From Thermoanaerobaculia bacterium (GTDB lineage Bacteria > Acidobacteriota > Thermoanaerobaculia > Multivoradales > JAHEKO01): 64,000 bases of DNA. Location: assembly GCA_945787575.1 (NCBI GenBank), contig CALZKB010000016.1, positions 1,189-65,188 on the forward strand. Direction: 5' to 3'. Each line of letters starts with the position of its first letter. Positions within the stretch are counted from its first letter, which is position 1. The notes under the pieces were generated by a model. The model saw only the letters and a list, made by a program, of their open reading frames with translations. It made no database searches and was not told the origin of the DNA. Below, one piece after another: positions 55,883 through 64,000 of the stretch. The position numbers were made by a program, and so were the translations under genes.

Positions 55883-57046
55883 ATGGAATTCTTTAGTAAC
55901 ACGAACATCGACTTCATGCGCTATCGGCGCATCTGTTTCTCGGTGTCGATGGTCCTCTTGATCGCGACGATCGGCACCGTCTTTTTGCGCGACACCCTGA
56001 ACCTCGGAATCGACTTCGTGGGCGGCACCCAGCTCACGGTCAAGTTCGCCGAGGCGCCGGCGATCGACGAGCTTCGCGAGCTGATGGAGTCGAACGGTAT
56101 CGAAGATGCGCTCATCCAGCGCTTCGGCGAGGCCTCCGAGAACTCCATGATGATCAAGACCCCGCTCGTCGAAGGAGCCGAAGAGGGCAGCGGAGGCCAA
56201 ATCGTCGAGGTGTTGCGCCAGCGGTACCCGTCGGCCAGCGCGCGGGACCTCAACCAGCTGGGCACGCAGTCGATCGCTTCGCTGCTCACCACGCTCGATC
56301 CGGACCAGCTGCGCGCCCGCGACGAGCTGCTCGCCGCCCAGCATTACGAGGCGATCGCCAACGAGATCAGCGAGCTCAAACGCACGGTCGGTCTCCTCGA
56401 GTCGTGGGACCAGATCGACGCCGCGGTGAGCCCCGAGGTCGCCGCCGCGCTCCGCGAAAACGCCGTGTTTGGCTCCTTCGCGGTGCTCGGCGCGGAGAAC
56501 GTGGGGCCCCAGATCGGAGCGGAGTTGCGCGAGAGCAGCCTGTGGGCGATGGTGTGGGCACTGCTCGGCATGCTGGTCTACATCTGGCTGCGCTTCGAGC
56601 TGCGGTTCGGCGTCGGTGCCCTGGTTGCCGTCAGCCACGACGTTTTCATCACCCTCGGCCTGTTCGCGGTCTCCGGCTACGAATTCAATCTGACGACCAT
56701 CGCCGGCTTCCTGACCCTCGTTGGTTATTCGGTCAACGACTCGGTCGTCATCTTCGACCGCGTGCGGGAGAACCTCCGCATCAATCGCCGCGGATCGTTG
56801 GTCGAGGTGATGAACCAGTCGCTGAACCAGACGCTCTCGCGCACCGTGCTGACCTCCGGCACGACCTTGATCGCGATGGGCTGCCTGTTCTCCTTCGGCG
56901 GTGATGTCCTGCGCGGCTTCGCGTTCATCATCTGTATCGGGGTGGTCATCGGGACCTACTCCTCGATCTACATTGCCTGCCCGTTCGCGCTCCTGTGGGA
57001 GCACTGGTTCGGGCGTGAAGCTCGCTCCCAGCGCCGCGCCGCCTGA
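55883..57046 (+). CDS. secF: Protein translocase subunit SecF
   Basis: NIDFMRYRR, LGIDFVGGT, GYSVNDSVVIFDRVREN. Confidence 0.95.
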   Translation: MEFFSNTNIDFMRYRRICFSVSMVLLIATIGTVFLRDTLNLGIDFVGGTQLTVKFAEAPAIDELRELMESNGIEDALIQRFGEASENSMMIKTPLVEGAEEGSGGQIVEVLRQRYPSASARDLNQLGTQSIASLLTTLDPDQLRARDELLAAQHYEAIANEISELKRTVGLLESWDQIDAAVSPEVAAALRENAVFGSFAVLGAENVGPQIGAELRESSLWAMVWALLGMLVYIWLRFELRFGVGALVAVSHDVFITLGLFAVSGYEFNLTTIAGFLTLVGYSVNDSVVIFDRVRENLRINRRGSLVEVMNQSLNQTLSRTVLTSGTTLIAMGCLFSFGGDVLRGFAFIICIGVVIGTYSSIYIACPFALLWEHWFGREARSQRRAA

Positions 57047-57105
57047 TTCGAGCTCTCGCCGCCGGATCTCCGGACGGGGCTCGAGGGAGGTATATTGATG
57101 CGGCC

Positions 57106-59334
57106 ATGCCTTCAGTGCGCGAACGCTTGATCGGTGGCGGCTTCAAGCCGCCCGTCGAAAAGCCGGGTGACGTCGGCTTCGCAGAGGTCGTCGCCCGGCT
57201 CGACGACAGCGGTCGCGAGTTCGATCGTGACCTGCTGACCCGCATCTACGAGTTTTCGGCCGAAAAGCACCTCGATCAGAAGCGTCGCTCGGGCGAGCCG
57301 TACGTCACCCACCCGATCCAGGTGGCCTACGCGCTGGCGGACCTCGGCTTCGACGCCACCTGCGTCGCCGCCGGCCTGCTGCACGACGTGCTCGAGGACA
57401 CCCTCGCGACCCGGGACGAGCTCTCCGAGCGGTTCGGCGAAGAGATCGCCGATCTCGTGGAAGGGGTGACCAAGATCGGGAAGCACGAGTACGTCCGCCG
57501 GGACCAGGCCCAGGCCGAGACGTTCCGCAAGCTGATCCTCGCTTCCGTCAAGGATGTCCGGGCGATTCTCGTCAAGCTCGTCGATCGCTGGCACAACATG
57601 ACCACCCTCGAGCACCTTCCTTCGGAAAGGCTGCGGCGGGTCGCTCGCGAGACGTTGGAGATCTACGCCCCCATCGCTCGGCGGCTCGGCATGTCACGGG
57701 TCCAGGGCGACCTCGAGGATCTTGCCTTCTTCCATCTCTACCCGAACGAATACCGGGAGATGGCGGCCGGAGTCGAGGAGAAGAAGAAGACCGGCCGCAA
57801 GATGGTCGAGGACGTGCGCGAGAAGCTCCAGAGACGACTCGACGGGGCGGGGATCCGGGCCGAGATCAACTACCGGGTGAAAAGGTACTACTCGATCTAC
57901 AAGAAGCTCCGCCAGCGCGGCTTGGAGCTTTCCCAGCTTTACGACTACATCGCGTTTCGGATCCTCACCGACGAGGTCAGGGACTGCTATGCGGCACTCG
58001 GCGTCGTCCATCAGACGTGGCGCCCGGTGCCGGGCCGGATCAAGGACTACATCGCGATGCCGAAGCCGAATCTCTACCAGTCGTTGCACACGACGCTGGT
58101 CGGCCGCGATGGATATCCGTTCGAGGTGCAGATCCGTACCCACGAGATGGACCGCGTCGCGGAGCAGGGCATCGCGGCCCATTGGAGCTACAAGGAGGGG
58201 CTGGCCGAGCGCCCGAACGGCGAAGCCAACGTCGTCTGGTTGCGGCAGCTCGTCGAGTGGCAGCAAGAGGTGGAGGATCCGCGGGCCTTCATGACGGCGC
58301 TGAAGGTCGATCTCTATCCCGACGAAGTCTACGCCTTCACCCCCAAGGGAGACGTCTTCGCCTTCCCCTACGGTGCGACGCCGCTCGACTTTGCCTACCG
58401 CGTGCACACCGAGGTCGGCCATCGCTGCTCGGGAGGTCGGGTCAACGGCAAGCTCGTGCCGCTGCGAACGCGACTCGAGAACGGCGACATCGTCGAGATC
58501 CTGACCAACAAGGATCGGCAGCCGAGTCGGGATTGGCTCAAGTTCGTTGGCACCTCCCGCGCCAAGAGCAAGATCCGGCATTGGCTCAACACCGAGCAGA
58601 AGAAGCGCTCGACCGAGATCGGTCGCCGCTCCCTCGAGAAAGAGCTGAAAAAGCACAAGATCTCCTACAAGCGCTTCGCCGAGGAACCGCGGCTCGCGGC
58701 CTACCTCACCCGCGAGGGTTATTCGAGGGTCGAGGAGCTGTTGAGCGCCATCGGGTTCGGGAAGATCACGGTCCGACAGGTACTCTCGAAGGTGCTCTCC
58801 GAAACGCAGCTTGAGAAGCGGGCCGAAAAGCCGAGTCTCCTGCGCCAGGCGGTCGAGCGGATCCTACCCTTCGGGAGCGACGCCAACACGGTCAAGGGAC
58901 ACGGCGATCTGCTCGCCTACCTCGCGAAGTGCTGCTCGCCGGTGCCCGGTGAGGAAGTCGTCGGCTATATCACCCGCGGCCGCGGCGTGTCGGTTCATTC
59001 GGTGGACTGCCCCAACGTGCAGAATCTGCTCTACAACCCGGAGCGGGAGATCGAGGTCGAATGGGCGGGGCAGCGCGACGAGGTCTTCCCGGTGGTGCTT
59101 CGAATCGAGACCGAAGACCGGCCGGGGATTCTCGCCAAGCTCACGGACATCATCGCCAAGCACGGCAGCAACATCGCACAGATGGAGACCGACACCCGCG
59201 AGGCGCGGGAGACCGGGCGCGCATCGATCGAGGTGGTCGTCGAGATCAGGAACCGCAAGCACCTCGAGAAGATTCGCCAGGCGGTTCGGGACAGTCCGGG
59301 AGTGATCGAGGTCGATCGCACGATGCGCGGCTGA
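57106..59334 (+). CDS. relA: Bifunctional (p)ppGpp synthetase/hydrolase (RelA/SpoT homologue)
   Basis: HD hydrolase domain (HPIQVA ... LLHDVLEDT), synthetase domain (YRVKRYYSIYKK ... DYIAMPKPNLYQSLHTT), and TGS, ZFD (CC ... C) and ACT regions. Confidence 0.95.
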   Translation: MPSVRERLIGGGFKPPVEKPGDVGFAEVVARLDDSGREFDRDLLTRIYEFSAEKHLDQKRRSGEPYVTHPIQVAYALADLGFDATCVAAGLLHDVLEDTLATRDELSERFGEEIADLVEGVTKIGKHEYVRRDQAQAETFRKLILASVKDVRAILVKLVDRWHNMTTLEHLPSERLRRVARETLEIYAPIARRLGMSRVQGDLEDLAFFHLYPNEYREMAAGVEEKKKTGRKMVEDVREKLQRRLDGAGIRAEINYRVKRYYSIYKKLRQRGLELSQLYDYIAFRILTDEVRDCYAALGVVHQTWRPVPGRIKDYIAMPKPNLYQSLHTTLVGRDGYPFEVQIRTHEMDRVAEQGIAAHWSYKEGLAERPNGEANVVWLRQLVEWQQEVEDPRAFMTALKVDLYPDEVYAFTPKGDVFAFPYGATPLDFAYRVHTEVGHRCSGGRVNGKLVPLRTRLENGDIVEILTNKDRQPSRDWLKFVGTSRAKSKIRHWLNTEQKKRSTEIGRRSLEKELKKHKISYKRFAEEPRLAAYLTREGYSRVEELLSAIGFGKITVRQVLSKVLSETQLEKRAEKPSLLRQAVERILPFGSDANTVKGHGDLLAYLAKCCSPVPGEEVVGYITRGRGVSVHSVDCPNVQNLLYNPEREIEVEWAGQRDEVFPVVLRIETEDRPGILAKLTDIIAKHGSNIAQMETDTREARETGRASIEVVVEIRNRKHLEKIRQAVRDSPGVIEVDRTMRG

Positions 59335-59410
59335 GGATCGCCGGTTCTCATAATTGCGGTTGCTCTCGCTGCCGATAATTGAGAGTCCGGAGAACCTGTG
59401 GATGTCGGCC

Positions 59411-59439
59411 TTGACACCCATTGGGCATCTTGCTAGCTT
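59411..59439 (+). promoter_or_regulatory. Sigma70-like promoter candidate upstream of pilM
   Basis: TTGACA (59411-59416), 17 nt, then TAGCTT (59434-59439), about 60 nt upstream of the pilM ATG. Confidence 0.35.
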
Positions 59440-59502
59440 CGATCCGATTCCTGGACCGGACGTTAAGTGCGATAATCAAAGTGTTTTTGGGATCGCGAGG
59501 GT

Positions 59503-60561
59503 ATGTTCTGGAATAAGACCAAAGGAGTCGTCGGGCTGGACATCGGTAGCTCGTCCATCAAGCTGGTCGAGCTGAAGGCCCGCAAGAACGGTGAGTACGT
59601 TCTCCAGCGCGTCGGCATCGAGCCGCTCTCGCAGGAGGCGATCGTCGACGGATCGATCATGGACTCGTCCCTGGTGGTCGATGCCATCACCAAGCTCTCG
59701 GCGGAGACCGGCGCTCGGGGTAGCGGCTACGCGACCTCCGTGTCCGGTCACTCGGTGATCATCAAGAAGATCCAGATCCCGCCGATGTCCCAGGAGGAGC
59801 TCGCCGAGTCGATCCAGTGGGAGGCGGAGCAGTACATCCCGTTCGACATCAACGACGTTCGCCTCGACTATCTCGTGCTCTCCGACGGCGAGTTCGGCCA
59901 GGACTCGATGGAGGTACTGCTGGTCGCGGTCAAGCGCGACAAGGTCAACGACTACGTCTCGGTGATCACTCAGAGCGGCAAGACCGCCGCGATCGTCGAC
60001 CTCGACGCCTTCGCCGTCCAGAACGCCTACGAGCTCAACTACGACGTTCCCACGTCGAAAGTCGTCGCCCTCGTCAACATGGGCGCGACGGTGACGACGA
60101 TGAACATCCTCGCGCGTGGGCAGACCGTCTTCTGGAGAGACCTGTCGATCGGTGGCAACGACTTCACGGAGGCGCTTCAGCGCGAGTACGCCCTGTCGTT
60201 CGAGCAGGCGGAGCTGGTCAAGCACGGCGAACAGGTCGAGGGGTGCTCGCTCGCCGAGGCTCGGCCGGTGCTCGACGCCGTCTCCGGCGACATGGCGGCC
60301 GAGATTCAGAAGACCTTCGACTTCTTCGCGGCGACCGCCGCCGAAGACACCGTCTCGCAACTCGTGCTCTCGGGCGGTTGCGCGTTGACTCCGAACCTGC
60401 AAAAGATCCTCGAGGAGCAGTTCGGCGTGCCGACCGAGTTCATGGACCCTCTCCGGAGGGTCGAGTTCAGCGAGAGCAACTTCGACGGGCAGTGGCTGCG
60501 ATCGGTCGCCCCGACGCTTTCGGTCGCCGTGGGGCTGGCCATGCGAAGGCTGGGGGACTGA
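59503..60561 (+). CDS. pilM: Type IV pilus assembly protein PilM (actin-like ATPase fold)
   Basis: VVGLDIGSSSIKLVEL ... NMGATVTTMNI ... LSGGCA. Confidence 0.92.
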   Translation: MFWNKTKGVVGLDIGSSSIKLVELKARKNGEYVLQRVGIEPLSQEAIVDGSIMDSSLVVDAITKLSAETGARGSGYATSVSGHSVIIKKIQIPPMSQEELAESIQWEAEQYIPFDINDVRLDYLVLSDGEFGQDSMEVLLVAVKRDKVNDYVSVITQSGKTAAIVDLDAFAVQNAYELNYDVPTSKVVALVNMGATVTTMNILARGQTVFWRDLSIGGNDFTEALQREYALSFEQAELVKHGEQVEGCSLAEARPVLDAVSGDMAAEIQKTFDFFAATAAEDTVSQLVLSGGCALTPNLQKILEEQFGVPTEFMDPLRRVEFSESNFDGQWLRSVAPTLSVAVGLAMRRLGD

Positions 60562-60567
60562 GCCGCC

Positions 60568-61188
60568 ATGATCCGGATCAATCTAGTCGGTGAAGCCAGA
60601 CGGCCGGTCGCTGTACGCGCCGGCGCCGGACCGTCGATAGGGCCCGGGGATGGAGAGAGCCGGGCGGCGGATTGGGCGCTGGTGGCGGCCCTTCTGCTGG
60701 GGCTCGCCGTCGTGCTCGGCCACTACCTGATGCTGCGGTATCAGATCAAAGCGAAGAAGACGGAGGTCGCGGAAGCTCAGGTGATCGTCGATCAGCTCGA
60801 GCCGATCATCCGGGAGGTCGAGGCGTTCAAGGCGAAGAAGCAGAGGCTCGAGACCAAGGTGCAGGTGATCACGGATCTCAAGGCCAACCAGGAAGGCCCG
60901 GTCTCGGTGATGGACAAAGTGTCGCGGGCGCTCCCTCAGCTCACCTGGCTGACCCGAATTGAAGTTCAGGCGACGAGCCTGAGACTGACCGGCCAGGCTT
61001 ACAACACGAACGCCATCGCCTCGTTCATCGAGAACCTCGACCGAGTGCCCGAGTTCCAGGAGCCGCGTCTCCGAGACACCACTCAGCGGGGGCAGGTCTA
61101 TACCTTTGTGATCGAATGCCAATACCTGACGCCGGCGGTGTTGAGACGTCAGGCGCTAGCGACGAGCGGAGGCCAGAATGGCAGCTGA
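60568..61188 (+). CDS. pilN: Type IV pilus assembly protein PilN
   Basis: MIRINL start, a single TM, then a coiled coil. Position between pilM and pilO. Confidence 0.85.
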   Translation: MIRINLVGEARRPVAVRAGAGPSIGPGDGESRAADWALVAALLLGLAVVLGHYLMLRYQIKAKKTEVAEAQVIVDQLEPIIREVEAFKAKKQRLETKVQVITDLKANQEGPVSVMDKVSRALPQLTWLTRIEVQATSLRLTGQAYNTNAIASFIENLDRVPEFQEPRLRDTTQRGQVYTFVIECQYLTPAVLRRQALATSGGQNGS

Positions 61189-61780
61189 ATTCCGCACCGG
61201 ACTCGAGGGCAAGGCTTGGTACATGGGCGCGTTGCTCGGCCTCTTGGTCGCGGGAATCATCTACGTCGTCGTCTACCAGTTTGCCATCAAGGATCAAAAG
61301 ACCGACCTGGCTCGGCAGGAGGCGAACCTCTCCGAGCTCCAGCGCAAGATCCAGGAAGGCCGCGCCGCACAGGCGCAGCTCCCGCGTTTCCGCGAAGAGG
61401 TGCGACAGCTCGAGCTCGAGCTCGACCAGCTCCTCAGGATCCTCCCGGCGCGCCGCAATACGCAAGAGCTCCTGCGCCGGGTTCGGGCGTTGACCGAGCA
61501 GGGTGACTTCAACCTGCTGCGCTTCACACCGGGTGGAGAGATCGATCGCGACTTCTACAGCGAGTGGCCGATCACGATCAATCTGCAGGGCACCTACCAC
61601 AATCTCGCGCAGCTTTTCGACCGGATCAGTCGTTTTTCGCGGATCATCAACATCGAGAATCTGAAGGTCGATCAGCTCAGAGATTCGGGCGGTCGCCACA
61701 CCCTGTCGGCGAGCTTCCGGGCCAAGACGTTCATCTACAAAGATCCGCCTCCGGGCGAGGAGGAGGAGACGGCGCCGTGA
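61178..61780 (+). CDS. pilO: Type IV pilus assembly protein PilO
   Basis: TM plus coiled coil. LLRILP ... ELLRRV, the ferredoxin-like C-terminus (WPITINLQGTYHNLAQLFDRIS) and gene order support the call. Confidence 0.85.
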   Translation: MAAEFRTGLEGKAWYMGALLGLLVAGIIYVVVYQFAIKDQKTDLARQEANLSELQRKIQEGRAAQAQLPRFREEVRQLELELDQLLRILPARRNTQELLRRVRALTEQGDFNLLRFTPGGEIDRDFYSEWPITINLQGTYHNLAQLFDRISRFSRIINIENLKVDQLRDSGGRHTLSASFRAKTFIYKDPPPGEEEETAP

Positions 61781-62280
61781 CGCGGTACCTCGCATGGATG
61801 GTCGTGGGAGTATTGGTGCTCGGGCTGTCGGGCTCGATCTCGTGGGCTCAGAGCGCCGAGGAAGAACCGGAGCCGGTGGAGACTCGACCCGCTCTCGACG
61901 TGGAAGCGATTCTGGACGAGGACACCGCCGTCTTCGCGGGTCGAGGCTACGGCTACGATCCTGGTGATCGCCGCGACCCGTTTCGCTCGTTGCTGCGATC
62001 TCCCGACGACATAGAGGCGCGCGGTCCGCGCCCGGAGGGCATTCCCGGGCTGCTGATCGGCGAGATCGACCTGACTGGGATCTTCGTGCTTCCGGAAGGT
62101 CCGGTAGCTCAAATACAAACTTCCGATCGTGACCGCAGCTTCCTGTTGCGGGGTGGCGACAAGCTCTTTGACGGTGACGTCGTGAGCGTGTCGCTGGAGG
62201 AAATCGTGTTTCGACAAGTTCTCGACGATCCGACTGCGTTGACCCCGTTCCGCGAAGTGGTCAAGCGACTCAATCCGTAG
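61777..62280 (+). CDS. pilP: Type IV pilus assembly protein PilP-like
   Basis: GTGA overlap with pilO. Signal or anchor segment, the RRDPFRSLL motif and a beta-sandwich-like C-terminus (LTGIFVLPEGPVAQIQ ... GDKLFDGDVVSV). Confidence 0.75.
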   Translation: MTRYLAWMVVGVLVLGLSGSISWAQSAEEEPEPVETRPALDVEAILDEDTAVFAGRGYGYDPGDRRDPFRSLLRSPDDIEARGPRPEGIPGLLIGEIDLTGIFVLPEGPVAQIQTSDRDRSFLLRGGDKLFDGDVVSVSLEEIVFRQVLDDPTALTPFREVVKRLNP

Positions 62281-62298
62281 CCTGAGGGAGGCGGCAGG

Positions 62299-64000
62299 AT
62301 GCGAAGCAACGGCAAAAGTACTCATTCGGCAATCGCCGCAGTTTGCGTGGCGATGTTGCTCGCCGGCTGTGCTTCGAGCGGTCCGACGGGCTTGCTCGCG
62401 ACTCGACCGGAGCCGGTGGAGCCGGAGGGCCCGCTGGCGGAGACGGCTCAGCCGACGAGTGTCACCATCGAAGCGATCGAGATCGAACAGAGCGAGGGAG
62501 CGGCTCGTATCGATATCCGCACCAGCGAAGCGCTCGTCTGGACGACCTATCGCGACGAGAACAGCCAGCTGGTCGTCGAGCTGCCGAACAGTCAGCCGGC
62601 CGCGAGCTTGACCGACATCGAATCGCCCACCGGGTTGGTCGAGCTGCTTCGAGTGACGAGCGATTCGGTGGGCAATCGCCCGTTGACCCGCGTCACGATC
62701 GCGACCCGCGTCGAGGCGGATCACGCGGTGAGTGCCGCCGAGGGCGGTCTCCAGGTCGAGCTCGGCTCCGCCGACAAGCTCGCGATGATCGACGCCGCGG
62801 CCGAGCCCGCGGGAGCCGATGAAGAGATGGCGCCGGCCGAGGCAGTGATGGCCGCGTCGGAAGAGGAGCAGGACTCGACCGGCACCACGGTCTGGGAGTC
62901 CGACGTCGTGACCGAGGAGGATCTCTTGGAGCCCGTGGCAGAGGAAGTCGCCGCAGCGGAACCGACGTGGATCGAGGAGACCCCGATGGCCGCGGCCGCA
63001 GGCCAACCGGCAACCGAGCTCCGCGATATCGACATCGTCAGCGTCGACGACAGCGTGGTGGTCAGGATCCTCGGCGACGGAGAGTTCTCCTACGAGACCC
63101 TCTCTCTCGAGGCGCCCTTCCGGTACGTCGTCGACCTGGCGGGGGTCGCGAACTTCGCTCCTCGTGGCACTTACATGGCGAGCGGTGCTCCCGTCGAGCA
63201 GATTCGCGTAGCGCAGTTCAAGTCGCAACCGACGCCGGTCGCCCGCGTCGTGATCGATCTCGCGTATCCGGCCACTCCCGAGCTCGTCGGTCTTCCCGAC
63301 GGGCTGGCGCTGAGCTTTGGCGGAGCGGCTGCCGCCAACTGGACGGAGCCCACGACTCTGCGGGAGGACGTTGCCGAAGAGTGGGTGCCCGAGCCCGAGC
63401 CCGACTTCGACGCCGCAGCCGAGCAGGTCTACGAGGATACTCCGGCGGTCTACGAGGAGACCCCCCCGTCCTATGCGGCCGAGCCGGAGGTCGTGGCCCA
63501 GGTCGCTCAAGTCGAGGAGCCGGAAGCGCCCGCCGAGGAGTTCATTCCGATCGTCGAGGCGGGCACCGAGGAGAGCGACTACCTGGAGCCGCCGATGGTG
63601 GAAGCGCCCGCGATGCCGGCTCCGGTCACCGTCGAGTTCGCCGAGACGCCTTCCACCGAGGCCGACGACGAGCTCTTCAACTCCCGGACGACCGAGGTCG
63701 GAGGGCAGAAGGTCTACCGTGGTGAGCCGATCACCCTGCGACTGCGCGACGCCGACATCCGAGATCTCCTGCGGTCCTTCTCGGAGTTCAGTGGCCTCAA
63801 CTTCGTGATTCAGCCGGGGGTGCGGGGAACCGTCACCGTGGAGCTGGCAGACGTGCCGTGGGACCAGGCGCTCGACCTCATCCTCAAGACCAACGATCTC
63901 GGCTATACCCTCGAGGGCAACATTCTCCGAATCGCGCCGCTCGCGAAACTGCGCGCCGAAGCCGAGGAAGAGCAGCGCCTGCGGGCGGCCCAGGCCGAGG
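62299..64000 (+). CDS. pilQ: Type IV pilus secretin PilQ (N-terminal ~567 aa; runs off the window end)
   Basis: Not in the ORF track because there is no stop before the window end. My translation gives MRSNGKSTHSAIAAVCVAMLLAGC (lipobox), two AMIN-like domains (IDIRTSEALVWTTY ... ; VVRILGDGEFSYETL ... RVVIDL), then secretin-N modules (ITLRLRDADIRDLLRSFSEFSGLNFVI ... WDQALDLILKTNDLGYTLEGNILRIAP). Confidence 0.88.
   Translation, partial: MRSNGKSTHSAIAAVCVAMLLAGCASSGPTGLLATRPEPVEPEGPLAETAQPTSVTIEAIEIEQSEGAARIDIRTSEALVWTTYRDENSQLVVELPNSQPAASLTDIESPTGLVELLRVTSDSVGNRPLTRVTIATRVEADHAVSAAEGGLQVELGSADKLAMIDAAAEPAGADEEMAPAEAVMAASEEEQDSTGTTVWESDVVTEEDLLEPVAEEVAAAEPTWIEETPMAAAAGQPATELRDIDIVSVDDSVVVRILGDGEFSYETLSLEAPFRYVVDLAGVANFAPRGTYMASGAPVEQIRVAQFKSQPTPVARVVIDLAYPATPELVGLPDGLALSFGGAAAANWTEPTTLREDVAEEWVPEPEPDFDAAAEQVYEDTPAVYEETPPSYAAEPEVVAQVAQVEEPEAPAEEFIPIVEAGTEESDYLEPPMVEAPAMPAPVTVEFAETPSTEADDELFNSRTTEVGGQKVYRGEPITLRLRDADIRDLLRSFSEFSGLNFVIQPGVRGTVTVELADVPWDQALDLILKTNDLGYTLEGNILRIAPLAKLRAEAEEEQRLRAAQAE

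Noticed and set aside
61735-63510. 591-aa minus-strand ORF.
   Set aside because: It is antisense to pilP and pilQ, whose plus-strand translations show the PilP RDPF motif and the AMIN and secretin-N domains.
1-64000. Window-wide look for CRISPR arrays, IS elements, integrases, phage genes, toxin-antitoxin pairs and known defence-system genes.
   Set aside because: I saw no regularly spaced short direct repeats, no transposase, integrase or recombinase-like ORFs, and no nuclease/helicase/methylase combinations typical of defence islands. The only repeat structure is the in-frame coding repeat at 13126-14322.

Overview
This is a high-GC stretch of chromosome (about two-thirds G+C by eye, not computed) from a diderm bacterium: a LolA-like carrier, SecDF and a PilQ secretin are present. 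An Acidobacteriota-like origin is only a guess from gene content. I can support about 60 protein-coding genes. They are tightly packed and often coupled through ATGA/GTGA start-stop overlaps.

Most of the content is core metabolism and envelope function:
- ABC transporter components
- a zinc-ribbon protein / amidohydrolase / periplasmic binding protein / hybrid histidine kinase operon
- a NarL-type two-component pair
- moeA and xdhC
- transhydrogenase pntAA-pntAB-pntB
- tmk-holB, tgt-yajC-secD-secF-relA, folK and trmB
- two type IV pilus blocks: pilT-pilC-pilS-pilR on the minus strand at 29.7-35.1 kb, and pilM-N-O-P-Q at 59.5-64 kb, with pilQ running off the window

I recognised no rRNA, tRNA, CRISPR array, transposase, integrase or prophage genes.

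The least ordinary segment is 11.2-20.1 kb:
- a PAS histidine kinase whose 5' end is split by a 1-nt frameshift, and which also carries a G11 tract
- a secreted protein built from seven 58-aa tandem repeats
- an orphan pre-ATP-grasp/ATP-grasp ligase preceded by a closely spaced Cys-containing mini-ORF; this is my best candidate for an undescribed peptide-ligation or modification module, but it is speculative
- a secreted YyaL-type thioredoxin-fold protein fused to a DsbD-N-like domain
- a nickel superoxide dismutase with an unusually long, Sec-signal-like leader and no adjacent maturation protease

Many long ORFs in the track are antisense or alternate-frame shadows typical of GC-rich DNA, and I discarded them.
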